DNA from: an uncultured Verrucomicrobiae bacterium
GTDB taxonomy: Bacteria > Verrucomicrobiota > Verrucomicrobiia > Limisphaerales > UBA11358
Direction of reading: 5' to 3'
NCBI GenBank assembly: GCA_963711945.1
Contig: CAVQGB010000006.1
Location: forward strand, 12,128-76,127
Length of the DNA stretch: 64,000 nt
Part shown: positions 9,874 to 21,729 of the stretch, in pieces
Numbering within the stretch: position 1 is the stretch's first letter
Layout: every line of letters begins with the position of its first letter
Position numbers and translations under genes: made by a program
Notes under the pieces: generated by a model
What the model saw: only the letters and a program-made list of their open reading frames with translations
Told to the model about the DNA's origin: nothing
Databases searched by the model: none

Positions 9874-12800
9874 TCATGGCAGAATCTGCACGCGGTAGAA
9901 CTTCACCGCGCCGCCGGATTGGTCGTCATACTCCATGTTGGCGCCGTTGCCGGTGACGATGGCATTGGTGTTCCAGTTGCCGGGGAACAGGCTGGCGGAA
10001 CTCAAGACGGCATATTGCTTGCCGCTGACCGTGGGCCAGTAGATGGACATGGCCGAGCCGGGCGGCGCAGGATTCAACGGATTCGTGCTGGGGAAATCGC
10101 CGGCAACATTGGGATCCACCCCGGCAACATATTTCCGCCAGTTGTTGACACCGTCGCCCGACGGACAGGCATTGGAAACGGACAAGAGGTTGTTGGCGGT
10201 GCCGAACCAGCGCAGCCGCCACGAATCCGGGATGCCGTCGGTGTAAGAGGAATTGGCCCGGCTGGAGAGGGTGATGAGGCCCGTCTGCGTGTGTTTCGGG
10301 AACGAGGCGAGGCCGTTGGGCGAGGCGGAGGCGTGGTCAAAATGGATTGCATACGCGGACAAGCTGGTCGCATTCGCCGGAATGGTGACGGTGAGCGTGC
10401 CGATGGTCGCGGTGTTGGGAATGCCTGCAATGGCGCTGTTCAGCCAGGCGGCGGCAAAATTTTCCGGACCATCCGAATCAGTCATGTAGGGCACGCCCAG
10501 CGCCACGCCGGGTGAGAATGAAATCGGCGTCGTCAACGCCGGCGAGCCGTCCAAGGGAACGACGCTGATGTTCAGCATCGCCACGCGCAACGGATAGGGT
10601 CCAAAGACCGCGGCTGTGACGGGAATTTGAACTGTCTGGCCGGCGGCGGCTTGAAAATCTCCAGCCGTGAAGTTCACCACCGGCACGTTGGTGACGGAAT
10701 CCAAGGCGGCATACAGGGCGAGAGCTTTGCCCCCGGATAATAGATGGGCCATGCTTTCAATCACGGGCGCGGGATTTGCCACCGCGACGCGGACATTGTT
10801 CGTCCAGAACCGCTGGAACCAGACGAGACTGTTCGTGTCCAGAGAACGGCGGAAAGTGACATACACATCGCACACGTCCAACTGGCCGTCGCCGAAGGCG
10901 ATCTGGTTGATGTTCTGGTCGTTGCCGCCGAATAAATTCGGGACATAAATGTTCGGAAAAGAATAGGTCGGGCCGGGAAGGGTCACGACATTGGTAAACG
11001 TGGGCGCATTTGTGGTTAAAGTGTAGTATGCCGTGATGGGCGCGCTGTCCATGTAAATGCTGGCGGCATGAGTAAAGACTTCGCTCGTGACAGCAATGGT
11101 GTTGGTGTTGATGTCATCCGTATAAGTGTAGTTTGTGGTCGTATAAGTAAAGGGGTAGGGATAGGTGGCGGCATTGGTATAATAATTAAAATTGGCATCA
11201 GCAGGGTCTTGATCCAGGGCGCCAACATTTCCGCAGGAATCCATGGAGTCGAAGAAATCGCTGTCGGACGGCGGGGTGTTCAAGCCGTAAATGGCTGATT
11301 CAAACACCTGCTCCACGTCGGCATTTTGCAGATTGGTGTTGCCAAAGTCGCCGGCGTTGAACCAGCGGAATGGATACGCGTTGCCGACTAGGTATCTACG
11401 GCTTCCAACGGTGATATTCTTGATGGAATTGATCGCGCCGCCGGTCAATGAACCATTGGTGGGCGCGTCAATGAAGACCGACGACCCTGGCGTGCCGATG
11501 CCGTCGGACGTCGCGGAGGGCCGGCCAATCTGGATTTGGTAGGTTTGACCATTTGTGGCACCTGTCGGCACGTTGAAAGAATAACCGCCGACAATCACGT
11601 CGTTGGGCCGGCTGTCGTTGGGGAACAGATCGTCATGGGCCAGGGAATAGGTAATCAACGTCTGCTTGGTTGTGTCGTAAAGATTGGTATGGCCGGCGCG
11701 TTCCACCCACCCCACGCCCAAGAGGTTGATGCTGTTGTTGACGGTCAGGAGGCTGCTGAAATTGCTCGAACCATCCAGTGTGATCGGATTGGGCACGGAT
11801 TGGCCCGCGGTGAACATGGCGGGCGGGATCGGCTCAAAAATCACGGGCTTGGTGTTGGGAATGGGTTTCATCAGCATGGATTGAAAACCAAAAACCTGGT
11901 TTGGACTGGCGCCGTTGACCGTCACATTGAACTGCAAACTATACAAGCTCGTGTTCGGCAGCATGGTGAGTGTGACGGGCGCGTAAAACGTCTGGCCGGA
12001 TGACGCCACAAAATCGCTGGACGCCTCGCCCGAGGCGAAGCCGAAGCTGATTTTGTTGGCCGAAAAATTGGTTGAGGAGAAAGTTTGAACAGCGTTTCCG
12101 CTTGCCGAATAACCATCGCGGAAACCGCGAACCGTGACCGTCATCAAATTCGTGTTGGCCGGGAACGGGATGGACAACGTGATGGCATTGGTGCTGGTAA
12201 TGGTGCCGGCCAACAGGCTGGGCGCGCCATTTGTGGGGAGGGTGCCATCGGTGGTATACCACAATTGCGAATCGGCCGTGATGTCGCTGACCGTGAATTG
12301 CGCGGCGTTGTTGCCGAGGACCGTTGGGTTGGCAACTTGAAACAGGAACTCCGTAGTGGCAGGTGAACTGTCTCCGCCGGCGTTTACATTCACCGCTTTG
12401 ATTGTTACGTCAGGCGCAGCCGTCACCGGCAAAGGCTGTGCGTATGTAAGACCGTCACTGTAGGGAGGCGGCGTCGTGCCATTGGTCGGGCCGGGAGCGC
12501 TCCCGTCATCGGTGTAATAGGTCGCAACACCATCGGCGGATGGTTCAATCGCCAGCGACAAATCGTTGTGGGTGATGAACGCGGTGCCGCTGACGGGGTG
12601 AAACACGGTGACCGGAGGAGCGGTTCCCTCGTAATCAAACCAGCCGATCACGGGCGACGGCGGTGGCGGAATCGGCACGGTGGCGCTGACTTCGGCGGAA
12701 GGGGTGGGATTTTCCCCGCCAGGATTGACTGCGGAAACGATGTAGTAATAAGCCGCTCCGTTGAACACTGCGGTGTCGTTGTAAGCTGTGGAGGCGGTGT

Positions 12801-14374
12801 TGGCAATAAGCGCATAGGGTCCGCCATGGGCAGGAGCGCGTTTCAAGTTGTAGCTGGTTGCGCCTGTGGAGGGTGACCAAGACAGGCTGATCAGCCCGAA
12901 ATTTGTCGCGGTGACGGTCAGGTTGGTGGGCGCGGGCGAAAACAGCGGTGTGGCGCTGACTTCGGTTGAGTTCTGGCCTTCACCGCCAACGTTCAGGGCT
13001 GAAACAGCATAATAATACGTCGTTCCATCAAGCAGGTTGGTGTCCGAGTAACTCGTGCCGGTCGTGCCGGCGATGGTGGTTTCCACGCCGTTGGTGATGG
13101 AACGTTTTACATTGTAATTTGTTGCGCCGAGACTTGCATTCCATGTTAAAGCCACCCGTCCATAGCCTGCCATTGCGGCCATTCCCGGCGGCGCCGGCGG
13201 CCATGGCGGCGGCGGTGCGATGTTGGCCACCGTCACTTCGCGGATGATGTGATAATAATCTTCGGTGGTATAAACCTTGCCATCCGGCCCGATGGCCACG
13301 CCGAAAGGCATCCGCGCCTGGACATTGCCAAAACCAGGGCCGCCATCCGGCTCCCAGACCGTTCCGTCCGACCAGCCAAGATAGGCCGTCCCGCCGCCTG
13401 AAGTTGTGCCCGTCCACCAATCAATTGACGAGACGCCATACAAATTGGTGGTGATACCGGCGATGGTCACGACCTTGACGCGGTTGTTGCCGAAGTCGGC
13501 GACGATCAGGCTTCCATCACCCGCCTCGGCGATGCCGGAAGGCTGGAAGAATTGAGCGCGGGCATTCAACACACCCTGGTTTCTATTGCCCGTGCCATCG
13601 CCCGGGCCATTGAAGCCGGCATTGGTCGTGACGCTGCCTGTGCCGGGGTCAATGAGATAAACGCCGTTGCGCCCGGAATCGCAGACGGCAAGCATGCCCG
13701 CGTTCGGCCCGCTTCGTTTCACGACGATGCCTTGCAGCAGCGTGTTGGTGTAGCTGAAGGTGGCGATGACATTGCTGACGCCGGCCGGCGTGATCTTGAA
13801 CACGGTGTTGCTGGTGGTCACGTAAATGTTGCCGAGGGTGTCCAGCGCGATGCCGCCGGCGTTGGTGATCCGGGTCATGTTGGTGGCGATCAAATCGCCG
13901 TAGCCAGTCGAATTCCACGACGTTCCCGTTGGCGCCATTGCCGCGGTTGAGGACGAAGACATCGCTCAATGCGTCCACCGCCACGCCGACCGGCTGGGAA
14001 ATCAAATTGGTTGGGACAAAAGGCGGATAAGGCGCGAAGTCGGCAATTTCGCCGTCGCTGTCAATCAGACGGATGGCATTGTTGTCACGATCCGCCACAT
14101 AGAGATAGTCCTGCGCACTGTCATAAGCAATGCCGGAGGGGGTGTGGAATTGCGATTCAAAAACTCCATAGACGCTGTTGGAGCTGCCGAAGCTGCTGCC
14201 CGGATTGTAATATTGCGGGCCGCCACCCATGGTGGTGACGGTTCCGGTTTTTGTTGGCGTTTGCGCCTGGAGAGCGGAGGCCCCCAGCAGGGCCACGGCC
14301 ATTGCCAGCAGGCCAACCCCGCGCGCAGCGAGGCGCGCGTGTTCGCGGACACGAAGGGTGGTTGAAATTTTCAT
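9874..14374 (-). CDS. Large secreted/surface protein: NHL repeats, two FN3, chitobiase-C (CHB_HEX_C-like), cohesin/dockerin-like segments, C-terminal FYRV domain (frameshift near 13905)
   Basis: Signal peptide in ORF 13649..14374; NHL motifs (FHTPSGIAYD, LYVADRDNNAIR, FFQPSGIA, LIVADFGNNRV); FN3 (GATNYNVKRS...YYYAVSALN); WYTTDGTLPT; DGIPDSW...GVDP; KFYRVQILP. Confidence 0.82.
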
Positions 14375-14411
14375 AACACAACTTGGATGATAGTTTCCAT
14401 GTCCGCGCTTT

Positions 14412-16386
14412 TCACGGCATCACGGTTTTCGGTGTCTGATAGTCCGCCGACTTCAACGGATTGCTCCAGTCGCCCTGTCGTTCGGCGCTGTCCCACCACG
14501 AATTCGGGTTCATGGGGTCTTTCATGGTTTGTGGAGTGCTCTTGAGAAAATCGGTGGTCGTCGCCTTGAAATCCGTGTCTCGAACAATGGTGGGCGTGAT
14601 GAAAATCAGGAGATTGTCCTTTTGCATGCTTTTGTTTTCACTGCGAAAGGCGAGACCCAAAATCGGGATGTCGCCCAGGATGGGAACCTTGGTGTAAGGG
14701 CGTTCGGATTGTCCTGCACCAGGCCGCCCATGACCAGCGTATGGGCATTGGGAATGAGAACCTGGGTTTCAACATGCCGGACATCAAATGGTCCGGACGT
14801 CGTATTGCAGGCCTCCGGCAGTGATCTTATGGCTGGTTCGGCGAAACTCGACACCTCCGGCACGACCTTGAGCCAGATGTAATCGTTGGCGGTGATGCGC
14901 GGTGTCACTTGCAGATGGTTCCGACGTTGGAGTAGGTAATGGACGAACCGCCAGAGGTGTTGGCCGTGCCGGCGGAGACGTTGACGATGGGGAATTTGGT
15001 CGATGACGGAAATGGTTGCGGTTTCATTGTCCAAAGTGACGACGCGCGGCGTGGAGACGACTTGCGCTTCCGTGGATTCATTCAGGAACGAGAGGACGGC
15101 CTTGACGCCGTCGGCTGTAAGAAAACCGGTGTCCGGCAACAAGCCGCTGGCGGTGCTTGCGGCAAGGCCGCCGTTGCCAATGGAACTGATGAGCGTATTG
15201 ACCGTGCTCGAACCGGCGGCGCCTCCCGAACCGATTGTAGCTCCACTCGGTGTGGTCGTGGCCGGAGCAGTCGTGCCAGGCGTGGTGGTGGTGGATGTCC
15301 CGGACAGCACGCCGTTTCCAAACGCGACATTTTGGGCCTGCAACGTGCTGGTCCAATCAACGCCCTTCTCGGTGTTGGGGTTGCTGGACAGTTCCACCAG
15401 CTTGGTTTCGATGAGCACCTGCCGCGTGGCCGTGTCGAGCTGGGTGATCAGCGCGTCCACTCCCGCCTGTTCCTGTTCCGTGGCGACGACGACCAACTGG
15501 CTGGTGCGCGCGTCGGCCACCACCTTGCTGCGATGGCGGGTCGCTCAACGTGCCGGCGACAGTGGCCAGCATGTTGGAGGCGCTGGCGTATTTTAGTTGG
15601 ATGACGCGGGTGATGATCGGCGGCTTGGCGTTGGGTTCCTTGACCGTGATTTTGGCGATCCGGGTCTGCGGGTTCTGACAATCAATTGCAGCCCGTAGTT
15701 GTCCAGCACCGCCGCGAGCGCCTGCCTGGCGGTGACTTTTTCCCAATGAATGGACAGCGTCGGTTCGGGCGTGATTTTTCCGGTCGCATCCGGCTGGCCG
15801 TAGGAAATTTTCGGGTCCAACAAATAATTGATGCCCGCCAGCCGCGCCAGGGTTTCGATGGCCGTGGTGATGGGAACGTCCTGGAATGTAATCGGCAATT
15901 CGGACGTCAGGTCCCGCGGCAGGCGCATTCGTGCCGGTTTGCAACGCTTGCCGCCGGCGTCCGCGGACGCCAGCAGATTGGTCGGACTCGGCCGAAACGG
16001 CGTCGCGGCGCTGGTTGCGCTGCTCGGCGGATTCCGTGGGCTCGCGGAGGCGGGTTAACGGGGGCTGAACCGGCGGCGGCATTGCCCGCGGGAGACAACG
16101 GCGACCGGCTCGTTGCTGGCGGCAGTATTGCTGGCCGCAATTGTCACCGGTTCGTTGCCGCTGGCAACGGCCGGCATGGCTGGCGTGGCATCCGGGCGCG
16201 GCGGTGTCCGCCGGCGCGGTGGACAGCCGCACCACATTGCTGACCAGCGTGTCGGACTGCCGGGCTGCTGGCGGTTGCCGGCGCGGTGAAGGACGGGCCT
16301 CCGGCGGCGCCGGTTTGGGACATGGCTGGCTGTTGCAGGACGAATCCCGCGAACAACACGGTTGCAAGCATTTTGATGTTTTTCAT
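14412..16386 (-). CDS. Secretin (PilQ/GspD family), multiply frameshifted
   Basis: [69 protein letters not shown] across several ORFs. Confidence 0.88.
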
Positions 16387-16520
16387 GATATGACTCCCTG
16401 TTTCGATTTGTGAACGGGTTGGACTGGATGATGTGTCAATGCCAGATGGCAATTCCCACTGAATTCTCCCGCATCAATCTGGCTGGTTTGGAAAGAATTT
16501 TCATAAGCGTTTGTGCATGG

Positions 16521-16959
16521 TCAGTTCAATGCTCCGGCCGCCGATTTCGACGACCACGGAGTTGGATTTGATTTCCACCAGACGAAGGTGTTGCCGCTGG
16601 CCATCCGCGACCAGTCACGTCGCCTTCCTCGCCGGGCGCAAACGAGTGGTTGTTGATGATCGCCAATCCCCCGACGATGGATTTCAATGAAAGCGAGGTG
16701 TCGCGGCCGCGGCCATGGCGTTGGTGACGGCATCGGGATTCTCGGAATAAAGGCGGTTGGACTGGGGGAAAAACGGATCGCGCCCTTCCTTCGGGCTGGC
16801 GGGGACGACGAAAGTGGACTTGGGCATCTCCGGGGTCTTGGACGTTTCCGTCTGCGCGGGCCTTTGTGGCGGCGCGGCAAACAGCGTCAACGTGCCGGCC
16901 AAGACGACAGGCAGCAGGGCCGCCGGGAGGCTTCGGGAAATTAGGTTGCGCGGTTTCAT
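16521..16959 (-). CDS. PilP-like/T2SS accessory protein, frameshifted
   Basis: Signal/TM segment, GRDPFFPQS motif, AIINNHSF in a shifted frame; lies between pilO-like and secretin genes. Confidence 0.6.
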
Positions 16960-16966
16960 TTTGATT

Positions 16967-17553
16967 TCAATTTTGTGTTTCGCCTGGTTTCACGAGAGCG
17001 ACGATGTCCATCCTGAATGACAGTTTCTCGTTGCTTTCGGGCGGTGCCGCCGGAGCCGGGGTCCAGGGCAAGATTCACAACGCGCATATGCGGGAAGGCG
17101 GTTTCAAGACCGGCGACGAAATTTCCCAAGTCGTGGTAATAGGCCGTGCCGCTGACCGTGATCCGGAGTTGTTTGTAGGGAAAATGCGGCAGCAAATCCA
17201 CGTTCGCCCAGTGATGGCGAGCCGTATCCGGAAATATCCACATCGTAGTGTCCCTTGAAATTGCGGAGTGTTTCGTAAAACCAGGCGTTGGGGTCGCCGG
17301 TGGCAATGTCTTGCTCGGCAGCGGAAAGGTTGGTGGACACTTCAAGCAAATCACTCTCGATCGCAGCCTGCCGTTTGATTTTGGCAATCTTGTCCTGCAG
17401 GTCATTCCCGGCCTGCACGGTCTTTGCCTTTGTCTGGGCGATGGCGTTATATTCGCGATTAATCAGAAGAAAATAGACTGCCACCAGCAAAACTCCCGTG
17501 CCCAAGCACACCAGGATGATGCGGTCGCGTTTTTCTTTTTGAAGTTTGTTCAT
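16967..17553 (-). CDS. PilO/GspM-like protein, frameshifted
   Basis: Single N-terminal TM, coiled coil, ITVSGTAYYHDLGNFVAGLE; ATGA-coupled to the pilN-like gene. Confidence 0.75.
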
Positions 17554-18197
17554 CGGATCTGGTCGGGGAAATAGCAATCCAGCAAGAAGGTCACATACGG
17601 GCTGCTGGCGTCGGTTTGCAGCGCGGACGGCGAGCCGGCCAGTTGGACTGCGTTGGTTTTGCTCAACATCGCCTCAAAGTAAGGCTGTTTGGCGATGGCG
17701 GTCTGAAACTTGTTGACCTGATCGCCTGGATTGGCGCTGGAATCCTTGGCGTTCAAATGCAGGACGATTTTTTCCTTGATATGGTTGTTGTTGGTCTTGT
17801 CGCCGGAGGCGGCCATCACGGTATAGGACTGGTCCAGCCGCAGCCGCGTCAATTGCACGCCGTCCACCGTGGCCTGCTGGAGGGCGTTGAGCAGGTTGCC
17901 CTGAAGGAAGCGCGCGGCCTGCAGTTTTTGGAGGGCTGTCAGCTTGAGTTTGCCCTGAATGGCCTGGCGCTCTTCCATTTGCACCTGTTGAAACGCATTG
18001 GTCTTGGACGCGACATCCGTTTGCGTGGCCGCGAGACCTTCCCGCGCCAGCACGACGTTGATTTCGACCACGCCGCTCCACACCAGGGCCAACAGCACCA
18101 GCGACCCGCCGATGAACGTGGCGCGCTTGACCGGGTCGTGCCGTCGCATTTCCTCGGCGGCCTGTGCTTCAGCCAGCAGGTTGATGTGTATTGGCAT
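17550..18197 (-). CDS. PilN-like protein
   Basis: MPIHINLL start, TM segment, coiled coil, LNALQQATVDGVQLTRL; follows pilM. Confidence 0.8.
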   Translation of the reverse strand: MPIHINLLAEAQAAEEMRRHDPVKRATFIGGSLVLLALVWSGVVEINVVLAREGLAATQTDVASKTNAFQQVQMEERQAIQGKLKLTALQKLQAARFLQGNLLNALQQATVDGVQLTRLRLDQSYTVMAASGDKTNNNHIKEKIVLHLNAKDSSANPGDQVNKFQTAIAKQPYFEAMLSKTNAVQLAGSPSALQTDASSPYVTFLLDCYFPDQIR

Positions 18198-18221
18198 AAT
18201 TTCTGTGCTGTAACCGTGCTC

Positions 18222-19346
18222 CTATAATAACGCCCCCAGCGCCGCGCCTATCGCCACGCTCAATTGGGTTCCGACCTGTTCCAATTCCACGGTCTGCTGC
18301 CCCGGCAGCGCCATTTGCAGGAAACTGGCGGGATTCCACGTCTTGCACTCGACGATCATTTCCGCGCGCAGCATGTCCAGAAACATTTCCGACCGCGCCG
18401 CGCCGCCGCTGACGAAGACCTGCGTCACCGGGCGGTCATGCTGGTGCTCGAAGAAATCCAGCGACGCGCGCAATTCGCGGCCCAGCGGGATCACCTGTGA
18501 CTCGAAGGCGGTGACGAGCGTTTGAAACGCGGCGATGTCTTCTTCCGCCGTGCCTTTTGGCGCCATGCCCACCTTGATGCCCTCCGCCTCGGCATAGGAG
18601 ATATTCATCGCCTCGGCCAGTCCCGCTGTCAGCCTGTCTCCGCCGATGTTGACGACGCGGGTCAGGGCCAGTTCGCCGCGATCCAGCACGCAGATGGTGG
18701 AGTGTTTGAAGCCGATGTCCACCAGCGCCACGGATTCGTTGGCGAAAACCTGCGGCATGGCCATTTCAAACGCGTTCACCGGTCCGATCAATCCGGGCAC
18801 GATGCTCTCCGGCGTCAGTCCGGCGTCTTTTATGGCGCGCTGGTAATCATTCATCAATGGTTGCTTCGCGCCCGCCACGAGCACTTTGAGTTTGGGAATG
18901 CCGGACGGCTTCTGGGCATCGGCGGGCGCGGCATTGGCGGATGGCTGCCTGGGCGGGAAAATATGGCAGTCAAAAACGTGGTCCGGCAATTCCTGCTGCA
19001 GGTAGGCCTTGGAATTGTTTTTCAACACCAGCCGCATTTCGTCCACCGGAATCTGCGGCAGTTCCACCTGCCGCACCACGGCGTCGTCCAGCCCAATGGC
19101 CAGCGCGACGGGTTTTGTCGAGCCGCCCATCGCCTCGGCCACGGAACGCAGGTGGGTGGAAAGCATTTCGGGGGAAATTTTCTTCTCGAAAATCGGAGCG
19201 TCCATCAACGCGTAGCGCGTCAACGCCAGCACCTCGCCGCGCCGTTCCAACAGGACAGCCTTGGTGGTGCGGGTGCCCAGATCCACCGCCAGCATCTGGT
19301 TCCGTCTCTTTCTCGACGAACCGCCGTATAAAAATTGCCAATCCAT
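18222..19346 (-). CDS. pilM: Type IV pilus assembly protein PilM
   Basis: LAVDLGTRTTKAV, ALVDIGFKHSTI, IGGDRLT, ELRASLDFF, VFVSGGAAR (actin-like PilM fold). Confidence 0.92.
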   Translation of the reverse strand: MDWQFLYGGSSRKRRNQMLAVDLGTRTTKAVLLERRGEVLALTRYALMDAPIFEKKISPEMLSTHLRSVAEAMGGSTKPVALAIGLDDAVVRQVELPQIPVDEMRLVLKNNSKAYLQQELPDHVFDCHIFPPRQPSANAAPADAQKPSGIPKLKVLVAGAKQPLMNDYQRAIKDAGLTPESIVPGLIGPVNAFEMAMPQVFANESVALVDIGFKHSTICVLDRGELALTRVVNIGGDRLTAGLAEAMNISYAEAEGIKVGMAPKGTAEEDIAAFQTLVTAFESQVIPLGRELRASLDFFEHQHDRPVTQVFVSGGAARSEMFLDMLRAEMIVECKTWNPASFLQMALPGQQTVELEQVGTQLSVAIGAALGALL

Positions 19347-19430
19347 GTTCTTTTCCCGTCATTCCGGGAGGCTCTTTTGTTTAATTCGGTTGCGACCGTT
19401 GGTGAACACAAAATGTTCAGCCGTCCTTTT

Positions 19431-19447
19431 AGCAAGCGGCGCGCCAA
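19431..19447 (-). promoter_or_regulatory. Sigma54 (-24/-12) promoter of the pilM operon
   Basis: Minus strand TTGGCGC-GCCGC-TTGCT matches TGGCAC-N5-TTGCW, ~85 bp upstream of pilM. Confidence 0.8.
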
Positions 19448-19509
19448 CTTTGGCCGCTGGAAAATTCAATAAAACCCAGCATTTCCTTCTGATTATTGCG
19501 CCGTCCGTT

Positions 19510-19554
19510 GAAACCGTGTCCCGAAAGCCGCCAAATATTCAGGACAGTTGCCCC
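19510..19554. promoter_or_regulatory. Putative upstream activator sequence, copy 1
   Basis: GAAACCGTGTCCCGAAAGCCGCCAAATATTCAGGACAGTTGCCCC, near-identical to 23105-23148, with a TGTCC/GGACA inverted repeat. Confidence 0.7.
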
Positions 19555-19579
19555 GGCGCGACTGCAAGAAGAGTTCCAA

Positions 19580-19707
19580 GTGACGGGTGACCAGTGACAC
19601 GAAATGGCGGATGATAAACAGCCCCAAAATGAACCTCCGCGAATGGCGCGAATTTTCACGAATTGAACCGGGGACTTTTCATTCGCGTCAATTCGCGACA
19701 TTAGCGG
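19580..19707. repeat. Short intergenic repeats (GTGAC heptamer tract and a CGCGAAT/ATTCGCG inverted array)
   Basis: AGTGACGGGTGACCAGTGACACG; CCGCGAATGGCGCGAATTTTCACGAATT...ATTCGCGTCAATTCGCGACATTAGCGG. Confidence 0.6.
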
Positions 19708-19795
19708 ATCAAATTTTCGGCAGCGGCCCGGCTGGTGTGCGGCAAATGGCGGACGTCTGTCTTGTCGCGCAACCACCATCCCTCCGCTGTGGAGA

Positions 19796-21719
19796 CTAAT
19801 AGCCTTCCAATTGTTGCGGATGAGGGCCTTGGCTGAAGGCGTGAGCGGCGGCAGTCCGGCGAGGTTCGTGTAATTATTGTCAAAGGCCCAGTTGCGTTGC
19901 GGCGCGTTGTAATAGTTTCCGCCCACCTGAAAGTAATTGGTCGCGTAGATGCTGGGGAACATCACGACGATGGAGCCGTTGTAGGTGAGAGGTATGCTGG
20001 TGGTCCAGTTTTCCAACATGCGCAGGAAATTTTCGACGCCGCCGCTGTAATTTCCGTTGATATTCGGGTTGGACTCGACAATGCCTTCAAACATCGCGGC
20101 GTTGACGGTGGTGGCGGTGGGTGTGGGGGTTAGTGTTGTTGGTATTGGAGTCGCTCCAATTGTCTGAAAGGATGGTGACGGCGTCGGCCAGCACGGCCGC
20201 CGGATATGTGTTTACCGTATTGCTTGACCCGAGAGTCGGACTGTTGCCCTTGCGCTGCACGTTGTAATCCTTCCAGATGTAGACAGGTTGCGGCGTGGAA
20301 ACGGTCAGGCCGGGATACGCCGCCGGCAATTGAGCGCCGTTCGCGAGGCGCACTGCGGGGAGTGTTTTGCTGGACAAAGGCACGCCGTTATAGACATAGA
20401 TGGAGCCGATTCCATGTCCATAGTCGGTGGAAATGGTCGAGTTGACCACCTTGCCCTGGCCGCTGTTGGTAATCCACTTGTTAAATTTGGTGACGTTAAT
20501 CTGGATGGCTTGAACCGCTTTTGGCGGGCCTGAACCTCCATTCCAACCTTCGCGCCAGTCGTAAAAAACAACGTTCGTCAAAAACGAAAAACCGGAGTAG
20601 AGGATGTTGGTGCTGGCGTAGTTGTTGGTGCTGCCATTTTTAGTAATCACATAGTCATTCGTGAGCTGTTGCAGGGGATGGCCGTTGAATTTATCCTGAT
20701 ACCAAGCCGTGAAATTGGTCGCAAGCGGGTTTATATTGGTGCCGGTCAGAAAAGTGGGCCTGGCGGCGATGCCGTTGGTTCCCCAGAGCGGCGTTGGAGA
20801 TGATGATGTCGGATTCGTTGAAGAGAAAGACCTGATTGCTTTCGCTGTATGCGGCCGTGTTCGGCGCGCCGAGCGTGGCGGGCGGCAGGTTGAGAACGGC
20901 TTCGATGTTGGTGGGATTGGTATTTGCGCTGACGTTGCCGGCAATCGGCACGGTCAACGCGTTGTTGCCGGCACTCGGCTGCTGCGGCAGTTTGAAGGTG
21001 ACAGCGACGGTGCCGGAACGGGAATAATTGTTGGCAAAAGGATCGGTTGAGGTGAGGTTGACCGTTCCCACCGCCTGCACCGTCGAATTGAACGTCAGCC
21101 CCCCAATAGCCACTATCCACATGCTTTGATTGCAGAACACCGGTCCATTGACGGACATGACCGGGGTGGGGTCCATTTCCATGTTCAGATTGTAAAAAAT
21201 GGCGAACTGGAAGATCGGAATCTTGGCCGCCTGGAAAGTCTGGCTGACGGTGGCCGGCACACCGTAAAAGGTGTTGTTCGGCGTGGCGACGGAAATGATC
21301 TGGCAGTTTTGAACGAAGCCTTGCAGCCCGAGGAATTGCGCATTCAAAGCCACCAGATTGGTCCCGCTGGTCTGGTCGAAGCTGACATAGGTGGTGTTGG
21401 TGGTGCCGGTTGGGCTGCTGAATGTGTAGGTCACCGGCCAGGTGCTGGTGTTGGGAATCAACCCGCTGTAGCTGCTGGCGGAGTTCAGATTGCCATAGAG
21501 GAAATCGCGGTCCATCTGTGAAAAAACCTGCTCCGTGGCGGCCTCGGCCGCGGCTGCGGACTGGTTGAACTGGTTGTTGCGCGCAGTCAACTTGCTGTTG
21601 GTCGAGATCCACGTCAACGTGCTGGACAAAGCCAAAAGGACGATGCCCAGAAACACCATGGTTATTATTAACGCGTAACCGGAGCCGGCCCGCCGAATGG
21701 GATGAAGAGTGGTTTGCAT
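19796..21719 (-). CDS. PilX-like minor pilin/pilus-associated protein with large C-terminal domain, frameshifted
   Basis: RRAGSGYALIITMVFL, AAAAEAATE, IPIFQFAIFYN, PAAVLADAVTILS, YSGGVENFLRMLENW, YYNAPQRNWAFD over three ORFs; 3' end approximate. Confidence 0.8.
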
Positions 21720-21729
21720 GGCTTTCTCG

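Noticed and set aside
3869-21719. Many split genes (nucleotidyltransferase, VOC, mntH, barrel, surface protein, secretin, pilO/P/X-like) suggesting pseudogenes or programmed frameshifting
   Set aside because: Breaks are scattered single-base indels, clustered by region, with motifs intact on both sides and no consistent slippery site. Long-read consensus error is the simplest explanation; the same applies near 35100-36150, 49945 and 63345. Read polishing would settle it.
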